This document shows, piece after piece, positions 58,594 through 64,000 of a DNA stretch of 64,000 nucleotides (within the stretch, counting starts at the first letter, position 1; each line of letters opens with the position of its first letter). Location: contig JAPLYG010000016.1 of assembly GCA_026395685.1 (NCBI GenBank), forward strand, positions 1,035-65,034, read 5' to 3'. Origin of the DNA: Candidatus Parcubacteria bacterium. Lineage in GTDB: Bacteria; Patescibacteriota; Patescibacteriia; CAIXNZ01. The notes beneath the pieces are model-generated. The model was not told the origin of the DNA, made no database searches, and was given only the letters and a program-made list of their open reading frames with translations. Made by a program: the position numbers and the translations under genes.

Positions 58594-59315
58594 ATGATTA
58601 AATTTTGATGCAATTTTTCCTTGGCTAAGTTCTGCGCCCGCAGCAAACTGTCAAAAGTACCGGCATCAATCCACTCCCCCTGTACCAAAGCGACTTCTAG
58701 TTCCCCTTTTTCTAAATACCAATTATGCAAATCAACAATCTCCAGTTCATTGCGCTGGCTGGGTTTCAGATTTTTAGCAACTTCAACTACACGATGATCA
58801 TAAAGATAAAGGCCGGTAACAGCATAGTCACTTACCCACTCTTTAGGCTTCTCCACTATTTTTTCAGCTTTCATCCTGCTGTCCATTTTTACCACTCCAA
58901 ACCTTTCCGGATCTGTTACTTTTTTGGCAAAAACTTTAGCGCCGCTTTTAAAATTTTTAATATCTTCGCTAAAATCATCCTCGAAAATATTATCGCCTAA
59001 AATCATGGCCACATTTTCCTGGTCGATGAAATTTTCACCGATGATAAATGCCTCAGGCAATCCGCCCGGCTTGTCCTGGATTTCATAGGTAAATTTTACA
59101 CCGAACTCTTTACCGCTGCCCAAAAGATTAAGATAATCACCCGCTCTTTCCGGTGAGACAATTATTAAAATCTCCTTGATTCCCGCCTTGATCAAAGTAT
59201 TTAAAGGATAATAAATCATCGGCCGATTATAAATCGGTAAAAGTTGTTTGCTGGTAATTTTGGTGCAGGGACGCAGCCTGGTAGCTGCTCCGCCTGATAA
59301 GATTATTCCTCTCAT
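58590..59315 (-). CDS. RmlA-like nucleotidyltransferase, paralog 2 (tandem)
   Basis: 'MRGIILSGGAATRLRPCT'; 4-bp overlap with paralog 1. Confidence 0.65.
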   Translation of the reverse strand: MRGIILSGGAATRLRPCTKITSKQLLPIYNRPMIYYPLNTLIKAGIKEILIIVSPERAGDYLNLLGSGKEFGVKFTYEIQDKPGGLPEAFIIGENFIDQENVAMILGDNIFEDDFSEDIKNFKSGAKVFAKKVTDPERFGVVKMDSRMKAEKIVEKPKEWVSDYAVTGLYLYDHRVVEVAKNLKPSQRNELEIVDLHNWYLEKGELEVALVQGEWIDAGTFDSLLRAQNLAKEKLHQNLII

Positions 59316-59327
59316 ATTTTTTAAATT

Positions 59328-60185
59328 TTAATCATTAACCTTTAATTCTAAATATTCTCTTAAAGCCTCCTCCCAATTTTTCAAAGGAGGCAATTTACTG
59401 TTAATCAAAGCTGAGTGAGCCGGACGTTTTGCCGGTCTCAGAAATTCAGAGGATGCGCAAGGCTCTACCATAACTGCTAAATGAGCCAGTTCAAATATTT
59501 TTTGAGCAAAGTCATACCAGGAGATGCCGCCTTCTTTTGTTTCATTAGTTGCATGATAAACGCCAAAAGCTAAATTATTACTTAAAATATAAACTATTTG
59601 TTTGGCCAAATCAAGTGCGCTCGTCGGCTTGCCGAATTGATCATTTACAACCTTTATTTCCTTCTTATCTTGTCCCAATTTCAGCATGGTTTTCACGAAG
59701 TTATTGCCGTTTTTGCCGTAAAGCCATGATGTTCTGATTAAATAATATCGGTCACTGATATTCTGCAAAGTTTTTTCGCCTAAGAGTTTGGAATCACCGT
59801 AGAAATTAACCGGGCCGAACTCTTTAGAATCCTCAGCATAGCCTTTTTTATTTTGACCATTAAACACATAATCCGTAGAAATATGAACCAGCACCGCACC
59901 GCATTTTTTGGCAGTCAAAGCCAGATAGCCGACGGCCTGATTATTTACCTGCAAAGCCAGGTCTTTTTTCATCTCGCAATCATCAACTGCAGTAAAAGCC
60001 GCGCAATTAATAATTATCTCGGGCTTTAACATGGTGATTTTATCATTAACCTGATTATGATCAGCAATATCTATTTCTTCACGGTCCCACAAGGTGGGCT
60101 TTTGGTCGGCTAATAAAACTGCCAATTCCGATCCCAACATTCCCTTGGCTCCCAATATTAAAATTTTTTTATTATTCTGTCCCAT
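59328..60185 (-). CDS. rmlD: dTDP-4-dehydrorhamnose reductase
   Basis: 'ILILGAKGMLGSEL' NAD(P) loop, 'YHATNETKEGGISWYDFA' RmlD motif. Confidence 0.8.
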   Translation of the reverse strand: MGQNNKKILILGAKGMLGSELAVLLADQKPTLWDREEIDIADHNQVNDKITMLKPEIIINCAAFTAVDDCEMKKDLALQVNNQAVGYLALTAKKCGAVLVHISTDYVFNGQNKKGYAEDSKEFGPVNFYGDSKLLGEKTLQNISDRYYLIRTSWLYGKNGNNFVKTMLKLGQDKKEIKVVNDQFGKPTSALDLAKQIVYILSNNLAFGVYHATNETKEGGISWYDFAQKIFELAHLAVMVEPCASSEFLRPAKRPAHSALINSKLPPLKNWEEALREYLELKVND

Positions 60186-60254
60186 GCATTAAATTTAGCT
60201 CAAATAGCAAATTTCTGCAAATAAAAAACCCCAAAATGCACAAACACTTCGGGG

Positions 60255-60605
60255 CTAGTTTTCTGTTTTTTTCTGTTGCTCATAAAGCTCCAGCGTCATC
60301 TTAAGCCTTAGAGTCTGCCAAAACTCCGCAAGTTTTGGGAAATCATTTTCAGCCTTGGTAATATTCTGGTGAGCCTCCTCGGGAGTGGAGTAAAGGAAAC
60401 TGATGGTAAAAAGAATGCCATTACTCATTGGCAAATCTTGCGCTAAATCATATAGACAGGAAGTTATTCCTTGCAGGTATCCGGCATTTATTAAAGATCT
60501 AAGATAGCGATAAAGCATGCAAAACTCTTTTTCAGTAAAATGTTCATTTAAAGAACTAAGCTGCAGGGTAATTTTAGCTTTCAGTTCAGCTGTGAGCTGC
60601 ATCAT
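60255..60605 (-). CDS. Hypothetical protein (116 aa), divergent from plus-strand operon
   Basis: ORF only. Confidence 0.35.
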   Translation of the reverse strand: MMQLTAELKAKITLQLSSLNEHFTEKEFCMLYRYLRSLINAGYLQGITSCLYDLAQDLPMSNGILFTISFLYSTPEEAHQNITKAENDFPKLAEFWQTLRLKMTLELYEQQKKTEN

Positions 60606-60658
60606 GTGAAATCCCCCTTTATTAGATGTATATTTTATGATACCCTATATTTATAAGC

Positions 60659-60703
60659 TTGTCAATATAAGGAGTTGACAAATCTTATTTTTTATGTTAG
60701 TAT
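60659..60703 (+). promoter_or_regulatory. Sigma-70-like promoter (TTGACA 60675-60680, 17-bp spacer, TAGTAT 60698-60703) overlapped by palindrome TTGTCAA-N9-TTGACAA (60659-60681)
   Basis: Read directly; palindrome half-site coincides with -35 box. Confidence 0.45.
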
Positions 60704-60733
60704 ATAGTATAAACCTACTAATTAGCTAAATTT

Positions 60734-61363
60734 ATGGACAATAAAAATATCCCTACTTTCGCACTTACCTCAGCTAGCACAAATATTGCTTCCCAGGCAA
60801 TTGTATTAAATTTTGATAAAATATTTTCCGATGAACAAGAAAAACACAAAGAAATTGGCAAAGAAAAAACTGGGGATTTAAGAACTTTCAAAACAACTAA
60901 AGAATTACTCCATGAATTTGAGGGACAAATGACTAGCTGGCCAATTGAAAATTTTCCCTCTTTTATTGAATTTACTAAAAAAATGATCGGGGACAAGTCA
61001 CAGGAATTGTTTATGGATGATTTTGCTTTTTCTCAACAAAAAGCCTGCCAGGCTCTGATTAAAAAAATTGAATCTTATTTCTCAAATTTACGAATCAAAA
61101 CAATGGAAAAAGGTAAAATCGTAACAAGCTTAAATACGGATAAAGTCCTACCTGAGACTTTGGCTAACTATAAAAAATATCTTATTTTGGCACTAAAAAC
61201 TACAAATGAAAGAATAGCCCTCTTTAAAAGTGAAATTGAAATGGCGCAGAACAATAATGATCCGACAAATGAAAGCAAATTTAATTATGCTTATCTTGAA
61301 GATCTTGCGACAAAATCTGATGCAGGCAACTTATTAAAAGAATTAATTCTTACTAAAACTTAA
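60734..61363 (+). CDS. Hypothetical protein (209 aa)
   Basis: ORF downstream of promoter/operator; no motif recognised. Confidence 0.4.
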   Translation: MDNKNIPTFALTSASTNIASQAIVLNFDKIFSDEQEKHKEIGKEKTGDLRTFKTTKELLHEFEGQMTSWPIENFPSFIEFTKKMIGDKSQELFMDDFAFSQQKACQALIKKIESYFSNLRIKTMEKGKIVTSLNTDKVLPETLANYKKYLILALKTTNERIALFKSEIEMAQNNNDPTNESKFNYAYLEDLATKSDAGNLLKELILTKT

Positions 61364-61375
61364 ATTTGCTCAAAT

Positions 61376-61936
61376 ATGCCTCAATATGAAAGAGAAGATA
61401 AAGAAACTCCTCAATCCGCCTTAAAAAAAATGCTTACTTTTGAGGATCAATGGCTACCGAAAGATAGGCTAGCACAAAAAGGCAACCAACTTTTAAAACA
61501 AATAAATCGAACCCGGGACGTAAACGGTGAATTTTCGCCGGAAGCTGTCGGGAAAATTGAACGAATTATTCAGGTATTTGAAGAAAATATAGATAAAATA
61601 TATAATAGTGGAGAGGCTACCGAGCTAGTGAATCAAGACAAAATGAAACTTTATAATTTTGAAAAAGTTCGAGCCCTGTCATTTTTACCCGATGAAGCAA
61701 TCCCGGCGCTCGAAGATGAAATAAGAAAATCAAAAAATGATTTTAATAAAATGCAAGATCTGCAAGCAAATATCGGGCTGATAATGCAGTATTGGCAAAA
61801 CCAATTACGAGTCATAAATTTAAAGGAAATTCCGACAGAACAAGACAGAAGGAGAGAAGATAAACTAAAAGATAAGCTCGTTGAGCTGCAAAAATTACTT
61901 TTTAAAAATTTTCCTAAGGAATCAAAACAATCATGA
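61376..61936 (+). CDS. Hypothetical coiled-coil protein (186 aa)
   Basis: ORF; charged heptad-rich sequence. Confidence 0.4.
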   Translation: MPQYEREDKETPQSALKKMLTFEDQWLPKDRLAQKGNQLLKQINRTRDVNGEFSPEAVGKIERIIQVFEENIDKIYNSGEATELVNQDKMKLYNFEKVRALSFLPDEAIPALEDEIRKSKNDFNKMQDLQANIGLIMQYWQNQLRVINLKEIPTEQDRRREDKLKDKLVELQKLLFKNFPKESKQS

Positions 61937-62091
61937 ACTCTAAACAACAAAAACTTTTACTAATCCTAAAAAGTCTTAGATCAAAGCTGGCGCTGATCCG
62001 CCGACAGGTTCTTGCAGATAAAAAAGGGCAGGAATCCGTTGATGCGCAAAAGCAGGCAGCTGATCTGCGGGCAAAAATAAAAAATCTTTAA
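61933..62091 (+). CDS. Small cationic amphipathic-helix peptide (52 aa), translationally coupled (ATGA overlap)
   Basis: ATG overlaps upstream stop; 'KLLLILKSLRSKLALIRRQVL'. Confidence 0.3.
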   Translation: MNSKQQKLLLILKSLRSKLALIRRQVLADKKGQESVDAQKQAADLRAKIKNL

Positions 62092-62100
62092 CCAAAAATT

Positions 62101-62199
62101 ATGACCTCAAACAAACAAAATTGCCAAAAAATCGCCAAAGTTCTCAGCAAATTCAAAACCAAACTGATGAAAATAAGAACTAAGCTACTTAATTCTTAA
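62101..62199 (+). CDS. Second small cationic peptide (32 aa), paralog-like to the 52-aa peptide
   Basis: 'IAKVLSKFKTKLMKIRTKLL' shares pattern with preceding peptide. Confidence 0.25.
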   Translation: MTSNKQNCQKIAKVLSKFKTKLMKIRTKLLNS

Positions 62200-62214
62200 A
62201 TATAATATAAATAT

Positions 62215-62676
62215 ATGAACCGACCACAAGCAGAAAAAAAGCAGGCACAGGAAACAATATTTTTAAAACCAGGTGAAGATTTTGACCAGCAACTGGCAAA
62301 ATTGCTTGGAGAATTTGAGTCTGAAACGAGAGAGACCGTTGAACTAGTTGACCCGACAAACCCAAAGCATAGAAAACAGCTGGGGGAAATTTCCTTGGCC
62401 CTTAAAGAAGCAGAAAATGAAGTGGATAAACTTGATTTTGACGAATCATTAGATGCAAGAAAAAAACTTAAGCAATTGGCAACAAAATTAAGAAAACTTC
62501 AGCAGCTACAGGCGGAAGAAGACCAACTCCAGGCACACATTGAACAAACCAATAAAAATCTCAAGAGCAGACTCAAGGGAGACCCCACAGACCCTCTACG
62601 CATAAGAAAAAGATCGTTAGAACAGCAATTACAAAAGGTAAGGGGAGCAATCAGCGAAACCCGACAGGCAATATAA
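62215..62676 (+). CDS. Hypothetical coiled-coil protein (153 aa)
   Basis: ORF; K/E/Q-rich heptads. Confidence 0.4.
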   Translation: MNRPQAEKKQAQETIFLKPGEDFDQQLAKLLGEFESETRETVELVDPTNPKHRKQLGEISLALKEAENEVDKLDFDESLDARKKLKQLATKLRKLQQLQAEEDQLQAHIEQTNKNLKSRLKGDPTDPLRIRKRSLEQQLQKVRGAISETRQAI

Positions 62677-62697
62677 ATATTAAAAAGGACGAAGTTT

Positions 62698-63183
62698 TTA
62701 CTCCGTCTTTTTTAGTATCTTGGTAATCTTTTTAATAATATTTCTGCTTTCCATGATTCTACGATGGTGATAATCAAGCAAAATAAACCAAACAGCCACT
62801 ATGATGCCGAGGGAGTCAATAAGCACGTCGCGATAAGTGCCTACCCTGCCATAAATAAAAGTCTGATGATACTCATCGGAAATCGCATATAAAAGCGTAA
62901 AAACAAAACTCCAAAATATATCCCAGTAAATATGCCTCTCTTCTGTCTGATGCAAAATCCTGAAAATCAAAAAGGTCAAAACAGCATATTCAAACATATG
63001 GGCAATCTTTCTGATTATAAAAGTGTACAAGTCAAAACCGCCTAAAAAGCCCAGGGATTGATTTGATAAATAATATATGGCCAGCATCCAGAGAATCAAA
63101 CTGACATACTTTTCATATTTCTGAAAATGACGATGATTTATCAGATTTAAAATTGCAGATTTAAAATTATTGACTATTTTCAT
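62698..63183 (-). CDS. VanZ-family membrane protein
   Basis: 'HMFEYAVLTFLIFRIL...YAISDEYHQTFIYGRVGTYRDVLIDSLG' matches VanZ-like signature. Confidence 0.6.
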   Translation of the reverse strand: MKIVNNFKSAILNLINHRHFQKYEKYVSLILWMLAIYYLSNQSLGFLGGFDLYTFIIRKIAHMFEYAVLTFLIFRILHQTEERHIYWDIFWSFVFTLLYAISDEYHQTFIYGRVGTYRDVLIDSLGIIVAVWFILLDYHHRRIMESRNIIKKITKILKKTE

Positions 63184-63184
63184 A

Positions 63185-64000
63185 TTAGATTTTTTTATAA
63201 TTTTCTACAAAACCTTTGCCTAAAAGCGGTCGCCACCAGCTTTCATTTTTAACATACCAATCAACAACCTGATCAATGCCCGCTTCAAATTCAATTTCAG
63301 GCTGCCAACCCAGTTCTGCTCTTATTTTAGTGGTGTCTAATAAATAACGACGATCATGACCAGGACGATCCTCAACATAGACTTTTAAGGTTTCAGGTTT
63401 ATTTAAACGTCTTAAAACTGCTGCGGCAATTTCTTCAACGCTTTTTTCCACTCCGCTGCCAATATTATAAGCTTCGCCGACCTTTCCTTTCTTTATGATT
63501 AAATCAATGGCCTTGCAATGATCTAGAGTATGCAGCCATTCCCTTCTGTTCTGACTGCTCTTAAACAAAGGCAATTCCTGATCCTGCAAAGCATTAGTCA
63601 CAAATCGAGGAATTACCTTTTCAGGAAACTGATAAGGGCCGTAATTATTAGCGCAATGGCTAATTGTTATCGGGAGCTTAAAAGTATGGTAATAAGCCAT
63701 AACTTCGTGATTAGCGCCGGCTTTAGAAGCGTTATAGGGGGTTTTAGGCATGTATGGGTCTTCCTCCTTAAATGAGCGTTTTTCCTCCAATGCCAAATCT
63801 CCAAAGACCTCACAAGTAGAAATATGATGGAAACGATCAACCCCGGCGTCCTTAGCCGCCTCCAAAAGCATCTGAGTGCCCAAAACATTAGTTTTAACAA
63901 AGATATCAGGCTCAACCATAGCCCGTCCATTATGAGATTCAGCCGCAAAATTTACCACGACATTAATTTTTTCATCGTTAAACAACTTTTTATTTCGCTC
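63185..64000 (-). CDS. rmlB: dTDP-glucose 4,6-dehydratase (C-terminal ~270 aa; N-terminus beyond window)
   Basis: 'YNASKAGANHEV' YxxxK, 'HISTCEVFGDL', 'CANNYGPYQFPEKVIPRF'. Confidence 0.8.
   Translation of the reverse strand, partial: ERNKKLFNDEKINVVVNFAAESHNGRAMVEPDIFVKTNVLGTQMLLEAAKDAGVDRFHHISTCEVFGDLALEEKRSFKEEDPYMPKTPYNASKAGANHEVMAYYHTFKLPITISHCANNYGPYQFPEKVIPRFVTNALQDQELPLFKSSQNRREWLHTLDHCKAIDLIIKKGKVGEAYNIGSGVEKSVEEIAAAVLRRLNKPETLKVYVEDRPGHDRRYLLDTTKIRAELGWQPEIEFEAGIDQVVDWYVKNESWWRPLLGKGFVENYKKI

Overview
The window is about 64 kb of low-GC (roughly one-third GC) bacterial chromosome. It is compact, most genes are on the minus strand, and housekeeping functions dominate. The reduced cell-wall/divisome set and the many small hypothetical membrane proteins are consistent with a small-genome, possibly Patescibacteria/CPR-like lineage, but that is inference only. 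From left to right: polysaccharide deacetylase, HIT-like and cytidylyltransferase genes; a MacAB-like tripartite efflux operon next to an ECF sigma/anti-sigma pair; a frameshifted DEAD-box helicase; tRNA-Gln followed by a ~1.2 kb module bounded by ~100-bp direct repeats and carrying a small GIY-YIG gene; FtsEX plus an RlpA-like protein; tRNA-Gly/Thr; FtsB-like, ThiI, a Mur ligase and a P-type ATPase; a minus-strand tRNA cluster (a tRNA-Lys-derived degenerate copy, tRNA-Lys, tRNA-fMet); a biosynthetic-looking cluster rich in ATP-grasp ligases (NTP-transferase, PLP decarboxylase, double ATP-grasp, PP-loop-like, SET-like, Ddl-like, Nudix) fused to murG-ftsW-murD; mraY; an isc Fe-S operon (IscR, IscU, Nfu, cysteine desulfurase) interrupted by an IS200/IS605-like Y1 transposase with flanking hairpins; rpmA, pyrG and rplI; an S41 protease; and rml genes interrupted by a plus-strand operon of uncharacterised coiled-coil proteins. 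Most unusual: a 1.17 kb lipoprotein gene (53755-54924) of ~65% GC with near-saturated GC3, sitting behind an AT-rich native-looking promoter and RBS. Also unusual: several families of structured repeats (ACTTCG microrepeats, ACTTTAGT-core hairpins, GCTGG-loop-CCAGC hairpins), a large inverted-repeat element, and a promoter/terminator-bounded GC-rich candidate ncRNA. No CRISPR array was seen.
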